DNA of 64,000 nucleotides from a virus (IMGVR_UViG_2513237176_000002); one strand, 5' to 3'. Shown: positions 41,017-49,943, numbered from the stretch's first letter. The notes: generated by a model from the sequence alone, not told the origin. Translations and numbers: made by a program.

Positions 41017-42683
41017 TGTGGCTCGTCTCCGGCCTGGTGTTCCTAGCGAACCCGCTTATCGGCGCGGTGCTGCTGATGTCGGCGGCGATCACCACGAACA
41101 TTCGTGCCACGAAGGTCGACGCCGAGTACGCGAAACGCGGTGAACTGCCCCCGACGGCCCGCCTGGTCGACGCCTGGCTGAACCGGCAGAAAGCCGCCGG
41201 GAAGGCACCGGAATCGGCGAAGGTGCGCCCGTACGGGTCGCTGGCGTACGCCCGGCAGCGGTGGCTGGCGATGTGGGAAGACCTGGGGGAGAAGCACCGC
41301 GAGCAGCGCGCCGCCCACAAGAAGCAGCTTGCGGAGGCGAAGAAGAACGGCACCCCGCCGCCGAGCAAGCCGTCGTTGACGGAACAACTGGGCGGTTGGA
41401 AGTGGTCGATTCCCGGTCTGACCCGCCGGGACGAGCCCGGCAGTCCGCCGCCTTCCGCCGCGAGCGCTGACCCGGAGCCGGCTGTCGCCGACGGGCCGGT
41501 CAGCACCTGCGACGAATGCGGCGTCCAGCTGCCCGACGGTGGCTGGAAACACCCGCCCGGCTCGACCTGCCCGAAAGCCGCAAAACCGTCTGGCTCCTCC
41601 GACAGCAACACTGCCGCTCCGGCCGCGCCGGAGGATCCGCTGCTGCGGTTCCTGTCGGATGCGCAGGAAGCGGCACGCCGCAACCCGATGCCCTTCGACC
41701 GGTGCCCGCGCTGCGGCACGACTGCCACGATCACCCCGTCGGGCTGGTGCGAAAAGTGCACCATGCAGGTCCCGCACGGCATGTGCGAGCACTGCCAGGG
41801 CGTGGTCCGCCTCGACGGCACAGTGTGGCGGCACGGCGCCCACTGGCCGTGCCGGCACACCCGTCCCGCGGCCGGCGACACCATTGCCTGCACCAACTGC
41901 CGCACCCGGATCCCGGTGCACCCGGCGATCGCTGACATGGGGGCGTCAGTGCGATGCCAGCACTGTGGCGCCCAGGTCGCCGCCCGCCCACCCAGGCCCG
42001 CCTCTGCCCTGCAGCGCTGTCCTCGGTGCAGCAAATGCGACGGCCCGACCGTCCCGTCGATGAACCAGCTGCGCGGCGGCTTCTGCCCGCGCTGCGACAC
42101 CACCGATCTGCCGGCCGGCAGTGAACGTCACGGCAAATGCGACCGCTGTGGGCTGCCCGGCCGGCTTGTCGTCGCCCGCAAACGCAGCACGGAACTGCTC
42201 CACGACGCCAACGGGTCAACGATTTGCCCCTACGAGACGCCGCAGCTACGCGAACTGCGCCGCACCGATCCGGGCACGGCCCGCATCTACGACGAGATCG
42301 TCGCCAAGCACCTTCGCAACACCCCGGCCGTCGACACGCAGCAGACGGCCAAGACGCCCGTACCAGCCCGAGAAGAGGGAGCATCCATGCCCGAGCATTC
42401 CGGTGAAGTCACCGGCATCCCGTCCGCCGTCCACTACCTGCAGCAGATGGCCGCCGCGCACCGGCAGCACGCCGACAACGAGGCGATGATCGCCACCCTC
42501 GCGGGTTTCCACGTCGGTGCCACCGACCTGGCGCTGGTGCAGCAGGCCATTGCCGCCAGCAACAACGCGGCGGACCTGTACGCCGACGCCGCCACGACGA
42601 TCGACGACGGTAACGCCGCGGTTCGGCAGGGCTACGCGTCCGCGCCGGACGCCGCCGACAAGCACGCCCAGATGGCGGAGTGA
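41016..42683 (+). CDS. Membrane-anchored multi-Zn-ribbon protein ending in a ~98-aa helical domain
   Basis: N-terminal TM, at least nine CxxC motifs, C-terminal domain paralogous to 42680-43027. Confidence 0.7.
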   Translation: MWLVSGLVFLANPLIGAVLLMSAAITTNIRATKVDAEYAKRGELPPTARLVDAWLNRQKAAGKAPESAKVRPYGSLAYARQRWLAMWEDLGEKHREQRAAHKKQLAEAKKNGTPPPSKPSLTEQLGGWKWSIPGLTRRDEPGSPPPSAASADPEPAVADGPVSTCDECGVQLPDGGWKHPPGSTCPKAAKPSGSSDSNTAAPAAPEDPLLRFLSDAQEAARRNPMPFDRCPRCGTTATITPSGWCEKCTMQVPHGMCEHCQGVVRLDGTVWRHGAHWPCRHTRPAAGDTIACTNCRTRIPVHPAIADMGASVRCQHCGAQVAARPPRPASALQRCPRCSKCDGPTVPSMNQLRGGFCPRCDTTDLPAGSERHGKCDRCGLPGRLVVARKRSTELLHDANGSTICPYETPQLRELRRTDPGTARIYDEIVAKHLRNTPAVDTQQTAKTPVPAREEGASMPEHSGEVTGIPSAVHYLQQMAAAHRQHADNEAMIATLAGFHVGATDLALVQQAIAASNNAADLYADAATTIDDGNAAVRQGYASAPDAADKHAQMAE

Positions 42684-43027
42684 ACGCCGTGACCGAGGAG
42701 AACACCGTGACCGTTCAGCAGTCCGCTGCGGGCGCCCGGCCCGCCAGTGAGATCACCGGGATCCGCTCTGCGGTGACCCGCATGGAGCAGATCGCCGCGC
42801 AGCATCAGACGCTCGGCTCTGGCGAAGGGTTCATCGGTTCCCTGAGCCGCATGGAGGTCGGCGACGACCACCAGCAGAAGGTCCGGGACGCGCAGGAAGC
42901 GTCCGGTGCCGCCGGCGCCGCCTGGGCGGAGGCGGCGGCACAGATTGCCGCGCACAACCTGCCCCTGCACGAGGCGTACCTGAACAACCCGAACGCGGCG
43001 AACAAGCACGCCAACACCAACGAGTAA
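42680..43027 (+). CDS. Small helical-hairpin protein
   Basis: EITGIRSAV...VG...Y..NP.AANKHA matches the C-terminus of the upstream gene. Confidence 0.75.
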   Translation: MNAVTEENTVTVQQSAAGARPASEITGIRSAVTRMEQIAAQHQTLGSGEGFIGSLSRMEVGDDHQQKVRDAQEASGAAGAAWAEAAAQIAAHNLPLHEAYLNNPNAANKHANTNE

Positions 43028-43034
43028 CCAGGTT

Positions 43035-43059
43035 GGCCCCGCCCACCATGGGCGGGGCC
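43035..43059 (+). terminator. Intergenic 11-bp stem-loop before traB
   Basis: GGCCCCGCCCA / TGGGCGGGGCC; no U-tract. Confidence 0.5.
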
Positions 43060-43085
43060 CCGAGATCTGAGGAACGGAGGCAGCG

Positions 43086-45176
43086 ATGCCGACCCAGCAG
43101 AAACCGCAGCAGCCGGCCCGGCAGGCTGCCCCGCTCACCACCCGCGAGAAGATCGAACGTGCCCGGCTGCACGCGCAGACGGCACGCCGCCACGCGCAGA
43201 CCGCGCACAGGTACACGGCCGGGGTGCAGAAGCAGGTCGCCCCGTTTGCCGGCATGGGCCTGCTCGTGCTCGCCGCGACGGCCCTGCACGCGGCGAAGGA
43301 CGCCACCGCCGCCGACGCGGAGATCCTCGGCGGCACGGCCGCCGCCTGTGTGGTCATCGCCGTGGTCGCCGCACACCAGATGCGCCGGCGCCTCGACGAC
43401 CGCAAGAGCCTGCACCGCGGCCTGGCGTTCGTCACCACCTGCGGGGTGTGGCTGATCACTACCACCGCCATCGGCGTGTCCTGGAACGCGGTCGGGTTGC
43501 TCGCCGCCATTGGCACCGCTCTTTCCCTGCACTACCTGCGCAAGGTGCGGATTCCCAACCGCGGCCCGGTGATGCCTGCCCCGCTGCCGGACCCGCTGAA
43601 GCCCGGCGTCAACCGGTACGTGGCCCGCTGGGACGAATACATCGGTTGCCCCGGCGGACAACTGCCCGGCTCGAAATTGGAGTCGCCGGAGCAGGTGAAA
43701 GCCGGGTGGCGGTTCGCGCTGCGGCTGGTCCCCGGCAAGCAGTCCATCGCCGCGCTCATGTCGGCGATGGTGCTGATCCGCGGCGGCCTCGGCCTGACCG
43801 TCGAGCAGGACGTCATCGCCGAACGCCACCCTGTTCTTGAGGAACCCGCCGTCCAGCTGACCGTGGTCACGAAGCCGCAGGTCCGCGACGACCAGGAATG
43901 GCCGGGCCCGCAGACGTTCCGGGACGGCTACGTCGACATGGGCCCGTTCATCGACGGTGAGGGCCACGCCCGGTGGAAGGTGTACACCAAGGACCGCATG
44001 GTCGGCGGTTACATCCAGGGCGGTGCCGGCGCCGGTAAGTCCCGCCTCATCGAGTCGATCGTGATGCCTATCGCCGACTCGCAGACCCATCCGACGGTGG
44101 TGTGGTACGGCGACGGGCAGGGTGGTTCGTCGTCGCCGACACTGATGCGCTGCGCCGATTTCTCGGCACGCACCCACGAGCAGATCAAGCAGATGTTTGC
44201 GTGCGCCATGTTGATCGTCGAGCTGCGCCAGGACGAAAACAGCGTGGAGGACGACCCGGACGAGGACGGCGAGTACGACGACACGATCGGGTTCGAACCC
44301 ACCGCTGACCGACCTGGACTGCTACTCATCCTGGATGAGTGCCACAAACCCATGTCGAAGATCGAGAACGCTGAAGACTGGGTGGTCATCCAGTACATGG
44401 CGATGACCGTGGCCCGCGAAGGACAGAAGGTTGGTGTCCAAGCGATCCTCGCGTCCCAGGAGTCCACGCTCGGCGCGTTCGGTGGGGCCGGCAACAACGC
44501 GGAGATGCTGCGTTCCAACCTGCTCATGGGCAACGGTGTGATGATGCGGTCGAAGGACGCGAACGCCCGCCAGGTGTTCAAGGTCGACGACGATCCGTCG
44601 CAGTTCCCGGTGATGCCCGGCTACGCCCTGCTCATCGACCCAGAGGAAGGTGCCCGCACCGCCCCGTTCCGGGCCTACTTCCTCACCGACCGGCTCCGCA
44701 AAGAATGGCCGTCGAAGATCCGATGGCGGTCGCTGCCCGACGGCGACGCCAATACCGCCGGGATGGCCTATCTGATGCGGCACCAGCTCGCGGAGATGGC
44801 GAAGGAGGAAACCCGCCGCCGGATCAAAGAGCGCCGGGAAGGCCGCGGCATGACCAACCCCCTCGACCGGATCTTCGCGGCGGCGAAGGGTGGCGACGGC
44901 GCCGAACAGGTCACGCCGATCGAGGCGGAGCAGGTGGCGTCATTCCCGGTATGGAACCCGGTCACCGAGCAGGTCCAGGCGCGGCAGATGCATGACAGTC
45001 ACCGCAAGGTGCTGGACGCGCTGAAGGTTGGCATCTGCTCGCCGAAGCCGATCGCGGAAGCCACCGGCATTGGGCAGCGGCAGGTCCACAACCTGCTGGA
45101 CGAGTTGATGGACGAGTTCGGCCGGGTGGAACGTGACGGGCACGGCAAGTACCGGCTGGTGTCCACCGATGCGTGA
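43086..45176 (+). CDS. traB: FtsK/SpoIIIE-family TraB-like DNA translocase
   Basis: N-terminal TMs, Walker A GGAGAGKS, Walker B LLILDECH, LASQ, C-terminal wHTH. Confidence 0.85.
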   Translation: MPTQQKPQQPARQAAPLTTREKIERARLHAQTARRHAQTAHRYTAGVQKQVAPFAGMGLLVLAATALHAAKDATAADAEILGGTAAACVVIAVVAAHQMRRRLDDRKSLHRGLAFVTTCGVWLITTTAIGVSWNAVGLLAAIGTALSLHYLRKVRIPNRGPVMPAPLPDPLKPGVNRYVARWDEYIGCPGGQLPGSKLESPEQVKAGWRFALRLVPGKQSIAALMSAMVLIRGGLGLTVEQDVIAERHPVLEEPAVQLTVVTKPQVRDDQEWPGPQTFRDGYVDMGPFIDGEGHARWKVYTKDRMVGGYIQGGAGAGKSRLIESIVMPIADSQTHPTVVWYGDGQGGSSSPTLMRCADFSARTHEQIKQMFACAMLIVELRQDENSVEDDPDEDGEYDDTIGFEPTADRPGLLLILDECHKPMSKIENAEDWVVIQYMAMTVAREGQKVGVQAILASQESTLGAFGGAGNNAEMLRSNLLMGNGVMMRSKDANARQVFKVDDDPSQFPVMPGYALLIDPEEGARTAPFRAYFLTDRLRKEWPSKIRWRSLPDGDANTAGMAYLMRHQLAEMAKEETRRRIKERREGRGMTNPLDRIFAAAKGGDGAEQVTPIEAEQVASFPVWNPVTEQVQARQMHDSHRKVLDALKVGICSPKPIAEATGIGQRQVHNLLDELMDEFGRVERDGHGKYRLVSTDA

Positions 45177-45177
45177 G

Positions 45178-45429
45178 CTAGTCCTTGATCTCGCGGGCCA
45201 AGTAGACGATCCCGGACCGTTCGGGTTCCTCGGTGGAGATCTCGTACTGGTACACGTCGACAAGCATGAGGATGCGGCAGTTCCGTTTCTCGAAGAAGCC
45301 CACCTTGCGATCAATGAACTTGTCCCACACCTCGACTCGCACACCTGGCCGCGGTTCGAACGGCAGCTTGATGCTGTCGAGCAGCACCTTCTGGTGGTTG
45401 TCGGCGTCGATGAACTTCACCGTGACCAT
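45178..45429 (-). CDS. Small beta-rich moron-like protein
   Basis: TACACT-N6-ATG leaderless start; opposite strand inside the tra operon. Confidence 0.6.
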   Translation of the reverse strand: MVTVKFIDADNHQKVLLDSIKLPFEPRPGVRVEVWDKFIDRKVGFFEKRNCRILMLVDVYQYEISTEEPERSGIVYLAREIKD

Positions 45430-45485
45430 GCGCGCAGTGTAAGCACACTTGCACGCTGCGGCGAACCTGAAGGGGTGAGCGCGCA

Positions 45486-46301
45486 GTGATGGGGAAGTCG
45501 CATGCTCTGTCCGGCGCCGTCGGTTGGCTCGCCGGCAGCGCCGCGCTGACCGTAGCCGGGGTGTCCCTCGACCCGGCCACCGTGCTGTTCGGTGCCGCGA
45601 TCTCCACCGGGTTCGCCCTCGCGCCGGACGTTGACCATCCGCAGTCCACGATCGCGCACACCCTCGGCTGGGCCACCCGCGGTCTCGCCACCGGAGTCAG
45701 CCGCAGCGCCGCCGCCCTGCGCACCGCGTCCTGCGCGCACTGCTCCACCGTCCCCGACCGGGGCGGGCACCGGGCTGTCACGCACACTGCTGCCGGTGCC
45801 GCGTTCGCCGGCTTGGTCGCCGCGAACCTGTGCCTGTGGGTCGGCCGGGGTGCCGCCCTGTGGGTCATCGCGATCGCCGTGTGGCTGGCCGCCCACTCCG
45901 CGCTGTCGTCGAGGACGCGGGCGCGGATCGGTGACATGATCCTGCCCGGCCGGTTCCGGCGTCTCGGCAAAGGAGCCCACCGCCTCGCCGCCGCTGTCGG
46001 GGCGGTGATGGTGGCCGGGCTGGTCGCCGCGATGGCGAACAGCGCGCTTCCCGCTGACGGCCTGTGGTGGATCGGCCTCGCCGTGTTCTGGGGCTGGCTC
46101 GCCCATATCCTCGGCGACGGCCTCACGTTCTCGGCAGTCCCGCTGTGGTGGCCGATCCCGATCCGGGGCTGCCGGTGGACGAACGTCGGCACCCCGAGGT
46201 GGATGCGATTCCGCACCGGCTCCCGCACCGAAACCGGTGTGGTGTGGCTGATGCTGCTCATCGGTGCCGGCTCGATCGCACTGCTCGGGAGCGCCTGGTG
46301 A
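45486..46301 (+). CDS. YdjM-family membrane metal-dependent hydrolase
   Basis: MMGKSHA, PDVDHP.S, GHRAVTH, HILGDGLT..AVPLWWP. Confidence 0.85.
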   Translation: MMGKSHALSGAVGWLAGSAALTVAGVSLDPATVLFGAAISTGFALAPDVDHPQSTIAHTLGWATRGLATGVSRSAAALRTASCAHCSTVPDRGGHRAVTHTAAGAAFAGLVAANLCLWVGRGAALWVIAIAVWLAAHSALSSRTRARIGDMILPGRFRRLGKGAHRLAAAVGAVMVAGLVAAMANSALPADGLWWIGLAVFWGWLAHILGDGLTFSAVPLWWPIPIRGCRWTNVGTPRWMRFRTGSRTETGVVWLMLLIGAGSIALLGSAW

Positions 46302-46585
46302 CCCGGACGCCCGATGACCATCCGGCCTGGTGCCTACGTGACGAGGTCGACGCGATCCTGCCCCGGCACCGTTCGGCGATTGTGCGGGTCGGCAGTGCCC
46401 GGCCCGGTGTGCTGTCCGATCGGGTTCAGGTCACCGTCCGGTTGACCGCGACCGCTCACGGCCCGGCCTGGGTGTCCGTGAACTGCGCCCACATGACCGG
46501 GGTGACCGTGGATATCAGCCTCGCCGATGCGGCGGCGCTGAGGGACGGACTGACTCGGCTTCTCCAGGCCGCCGAGCACAAGTAG
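46298..46585 (+). CDS. Hypothetical protein with HPxWC motif
   Basis: GTGA overlap; HPAWC...LSLADAAALRDGL-type C-terminal helix. Confidence 0.55.
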   Translation: MTRTPDDHPAWCLRDEVDAILPRHRSAIVRVGSARPGVLSDRVQVTVRLTATAHGPAWVSVNCAHMTGVTVDISLADAAALRDGLTRLLQAAEHK

Positions 46586-46614
46586 CTGTATGACTGATCG
46601 GTGAGGGCGGTCAG

Positions 46615-46971
46615 ATGAAAACCCTTTTCAATGTCATGTTTCGTCATGGGAGGTCTGGCCGCAGCATCACCCGCTATATCAGTCCAGGTGAGTTGCCGGA
46701 AGCGGGTGAGCGAGTCGAACTGAAGGACTCGGCAAATGACCCCTGTGTGATCGCTGGGGTGGTGGCGGCTCGCCATTGGTTCGTCAATATCGGCGTTGAT
46801 AACACGGCGGAAGTTGTGGTGCTGGTTGACGTCGATATTGACGAACGCAAAGAGAGCCCCACCTCGTGGCCGCCTAGTAAGGCGGTGACACGAGGTGGGG
46901 CTCTTGTGCGTCGGGTGGCGGCAAATGTGACTTCGCCAGGGCATGCCACCCGACACGATCTTGGAGAGTAG
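46615..46971 (+). CDS. Low-GC beta-rich moron-like protein
   Basis: AT-richer codons; GAGGG RBS. Confidence 0.55.
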   Translation: MKTLFNVMFRHGRSGRSITRYISPGELPEAGERVELKDSANDPCVIAGVVAARHWFVNIGVDNTAEVVVLVDVDIDERKESPTSWPPSKAVTRGGALVRRVAANVTSPGHATRHDLGE

Positions 46972-46981
46972 GACAGGCGCG

Positions 46982-47344
46982 CTACCTGACGGTGGCGCGG
47001 CGGTCCTTCACGCCGGAGTTGATCGCGGCGCGTTGCACGGCGGTGTCGCGGAGCAAGCCGAAGTAGACCGCGACGGCGATGCCGAAGTTCACGGCGATGC
47101 CGTAGCCGACCTGCCACGCGTCGAACGACTCCCCGGTCTGGGTGGCGCCGAGCGCGGCCTCGAGGAACGCCTTCACCGCGGACAACGCCAGGAGGACGAG
47201 GCCTTTGGTGAACGCCGACCAGGACGACTTCATGAGCAGGCCGGCGAGCAGCGGCAGGATCACCGTCAGCGCGAGGGAAAGCAGCCCGGCGGGGGAGGCC
47301 TCGAACAGGTAGGTGGGCAGGGTGGGGAAGACGATCGAGTCCAT
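46982..47344 (-). CDS. Putative holin
   Basis: 120 aa, 3 TM, VILPLLAGL....W....KGLVLLALSAV, basic C-terminus; same strand as late genes. Confidence 0.7.
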   Translation of the reverse strand: MDSIVFPTLPTYLFEASPAGLLSLALTVILPLLAGLLMKSSWSAFTKGLVLLALSAVKAFLEAALGATQTGESFDAWQVGYGIAVNFGIAVAVYFGLLRDTAVQRAAINSGVKDRRATVR

Positions 47345-47372
47345 GGGTGTCTCCTGCGGGGTGAGGGTGTGC

Positions 47373-47394
47373 GGAACTACAGGCCTGTAGTTCC
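47373..47394. promoter_or_regulatory. Perfect 22-bp palindrome upstream of the holin
   Basis: GGAACTACAGG|CCTGTAGTTCC. Confidence 0.6.
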
Positions 47395-47439
47395 TGGTCA
47401 GGGGGTGCGCCCGCAGGGTGGCGGGCTTAGCGTCGATGG

Positions 47440-47646
47440 ATGGCCGAGCGGATCATCGGGGCGATGCGGACAGCCGACGGCTACTGGCGGGTTGAGGTCG
47501 TCAAAGAGGGCCGCGGTCAGTGGTTCCGGGTGTGGCACGGCGCGACCGTGGTCCATGACAGAGCCGGGATCAGCACGGTGCAGCGGATCCTGGGCGACAC
47601 TTTCGACACGCTCCAGCCTGTGGAGATCGAGTCCGGCGCGGCCTGA
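47440..47646 (+). CDS. Small hypothetical protein
   Basis: TAGCGT-N6-ATG leaderless start. Confidence 0.6.
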   Translation: MAERIIGAMRTADGYWRVEVVKEGRGQWFRVWHGATVVHDRAGISTVQRILGDTFDTLQPVEIESGAA

Positions 47647-47857
47647 CCGCATGCCTCTGGGCGAGCATCGAAACGGGCCGCCTAGCAGCCACGTTGATCA
47701 ATTCGCCGTGAGATAATCAAGGGGCACAAAAGGCGAGCCCGGACGCGGAGCTACCAACTCCGGCCGGGCTCTTGATCGCCGCTAGGAGGCGACCCACGAT
47801 GCACCCTATTCTGCCATGCCCTGAGAACGTCTGTGCGATCAACGGGCAGGTGTTCGC

Positions 47858-48676
47858 ATGAAGGTAATCCGCGTCATGCCCGACGAGGGATGGGTGCCGG
47901 TCGCCAATGCCGCCGCCCGAGACCACCGTCTGAGTTGGCGCGCGCGGGGCCTGCTGCTTGAACTGCTCTCGTACCCCGACGGCTGGGAGACCAGTGTTGA
48001 CAAGCTGGTAGCGCAGGCACGCCGCGAAGGATCGGCCAGTGAAGGCCGACTCGCCATGCGTACCGCCATGAAAGAACTCGCCGACCTCGGATACGTCACC
48101 TACCGGCGCGGCCACGACGAGCACGGCAGGTGGACGACGGAGATGGTCGTCAGCGATGTACCCGGCAGCCCCGAAGCCTCGGACCGACGTACCAAAAACC
48201 GGAACGTCGGAATTCCGGAACCTCGGCTGCCCGGAACGTCGGAGAACCAGACGTCGGAGGATTGGTCCGTTACTAATAAGACGTACACGGACACGGTCAC
48301 GAATACGGATCTTCAAAGAGGTTCCAACGAACATTCCACGTCGCTCGCTTCGCTCGCTGCCGCCGCTGACGCGGCGACGCGAATGAACGACCAGAAGCCG
48401 ACGTTGGACGAGACGTATGCACTCGTCGACCGCATGCCGAAAGAGGTGCTGGCGAAAGCTTTGCTCGACCTCGAACGCCGCCGGGCAAGGATCTACCGAG
48501 AGGCGCGACGAGGAGCGATCGGCCAGTTCAAGCGGGAAAGTCCCGGAGTCTTCCGGGAAGGAAACTCATATGCGCGAGTCGACAACCTCAGCTACAAGTA
48601 CGCCGTGCAGCACTACTTCCCGGACCTGCCGACGTGGATGGAGAAACCGCTCGGCTTGTTGCCGGTGAGGGGTTGA
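47858..48676 (+). CDS. Lambda-O-like phage replication initiator (N-terminal wHTH)
   Basis: N...RD.RLSWRARGLL..LLS.PDGW......L......EGR.A...AMKEL...GYV; internal repeats. Confidence 0.75.
   Translation: MKVIRVMPDEGWVPVANAAARDHRLSWRARGLLLELLSYPDGWETSVDKLVAQARREGSASEGRLAMRTAMKELADLGYVTYRRGHDEHGRWTTEMVVSDVPGSPEASDRRTKNRNVGIPEPRLPGTSENQTSEDWSVTNKTYTDTVTNTDLQRGSNEHSTSLASLAAAADAATRMNDQKPTLDETYALVDRMPKEVLAKALLDLERRRARIYREARRGAIGQFKRESPGVFREGNSYARVDNLSYKYAVQHYFPDLPTWMEKPLGLLPVRG
48199..48280. repeat. Intragenic iterons / putative origin 3
   Basis: CCGGAACGTCGG-type repeats at 48199, 48215, 48231, 48247 (16-bp period), then TACTAATAAG. Confidence 0.65.
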
Positions 48677-48710
48677 AGTTCAAAGGGGCACCGACGGCTA
48701 ACCTGCGGTC

Positions 48711-48950
48711 ATGAGCGTGGAGCGCATCGCCCTCGAACGGCTCGGCCCCGTCACCTGGGATCGGTGTTGGCGGCGCGGCACGGCGGAGATCCGGCTCGGC
48801 CAGGCCGAGGATGGGCGCTGGGTGGCCTGGCATTCGGAGAAACCGGAGGCCCGACTGTACGGGGACCCGCGCAGCGCGTGCGAGCTGATCGACGGCTGGA
48901 TGCTGCGCGGCGAACCATGGACTGAGGTGGCCGCTACCGTCGAAGCGTGA
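48711..48950 (+). CDS. Small hypothetical protein
   Basis: TAACCT-N6-ATG leaderless start. Confidence 0.6.
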   Translation: MSVERIALERLGPVTWDRCWRRGTAEIRLGQAEDGRWVAWHSEKPEARLYGDPRSACELIDGWMLRGEPWTEVAATVEA

Positions 48951-49168
48951 ACAGCCCGCAGGTCACCGTGTCGCCGGCGCACAACCGGGGGCAGCCCAGC
49001 ATGCGCGGCGTCACCACCGGGCTGATCGCGGACGCGTACTGGCTCGGCGAGAACGTTGCAGACGAGTACGGGCTCCGCCGGCACGAGCTCCTAGTCGCGC
49101 TGTGGTTTGAGGCTTCGCAGGGCCAGCAGCGGTTCCGGCAGAATGAGCCCCGGCTATGGCCGATGTAG
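48947..49168 (+). CDS. DUF433-like small protein
   Basis: VTVSP...RGQP.MRG....IA.....G..VADEYGL....L..ALWFE. Confidence 0.6.
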   Translation: MNSPQVTVSPAHNRGQPSMRGVTTGLIADAYWLGENVADEYGLRRHELLVALWFEASQGQQRFRQNEPRLWPM

Positions 49169-49690
49169 CCAGGCGCGGATAAGAACTCTCACGTCCGCGG
49201 CCCGATCCTTGGCAAATACCCAGAACGGAACCGGCTCGAATCTTTCCTGGCCCGACGTTTCGATCCAGTGCATGCCTGGGATGCGGCGTAGTCGCCGCCG
49301 CGCCTTGGTGAGAAGTTGCACGGTCACCACGGCCGTTGCGAAGTACGCAATCAGGGTTAGCCCTGCAAGGAAGATGCTCCAGGCGGAGTCTTCCGTGATC
49401 CCGGTGGTCAATAGCACTGCGGCCAGCGCAACGAGGGTCGTGGACGCCAGGGCAGCCGAGATGCGGAGTTCTTTGTGCGTCAAGTGCCGGTCGGGAATAC
49501 GCCCGACGTAGACCGTGAACAGAGTCGTACAGGCCATGGCGATCAGCCATGTGATCGCGACCGGAGTCCGTGGCACCAGGCCCAGCATCACAGCCCCGCT
49601 TACGATGACGGCGGTGGCGATGAGGTTGGCGGCGACGTTGATGCTGACGTCTCTGGGGAGACGCGACCGTGTCGAGTCTGTGAATCCCAT
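49154..49690 (-). CDS. Four-TM moron-like membrane protein
   Basis: Four hydrophobic segments; atypical codon usage. Confidence 0.6.
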   Translation of the reverse strand: MGFTDSTRSRLPRDVSINVAANLIATAVIVSGAVMLGLVPRTPVAITWLIAMACTTLFTVYVGRIPDRHLTHKELRISAALASTTLVALAAVLLTTGITEDSAWSIFLAGLTLIAYFATAVVTVQLLTKARRRLRRIPGMHWIETSGQERFEPVPFWVFAKDRAADVRVLIRAWLHRP

Positions 49691-49742
49691 GTCTGCGATG
49701 GTGGGGTGCCACCGCAAGGCGGATCCCTCGATCGTGGCTGGC

Positions 49743-49943
49743 TCAGCTGCCGTCTTGCCCCGGCCGCCGTTCTTTGATCCACCTTTCGACGTCTGCAGCC
49801 AGCCACACTTTGCCCTGGCCGAGCTCGGCGACGGGCGCGGGGAACTTCGGGTGGCTGGTGAGGGCGTAGACGCGCTGCCGGCTGATGTTGCCGAGTCGGG
49901 CGCGGATCTCGTGGGCGCCCATCAGCTTGAGCCTAGATGTCAT
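49743..49943 (-). CDS. AlpA/excisionase-like DNA-binding protein
   Basis: LMGAHEI..RLG.ISRQRVY......FPAPVA.L..GKVW...DVE.W; TATGCT-N6-ATG. Confidence 0.85.
   Translation of the reverse strand: MTSRLKLMGAHEIRARLGNISRQRVYALTSHPKFPAPVAELGQGKVWLAADVERWIKERRPGQDGS

Noticed and set aside
40949-44177. Long minus-strand ORFs (40949-42103, 42632-43516, 42831-44177)
   Set aside because: High-GC shadows of well-supported plus-strand genes
38495-45176. Canonical type VII secretion system
   Set aside because: Single ATPase domain with wHTH (TraB-like); no EccB/EccD/MycP, WXG or YxxxD/E motifs
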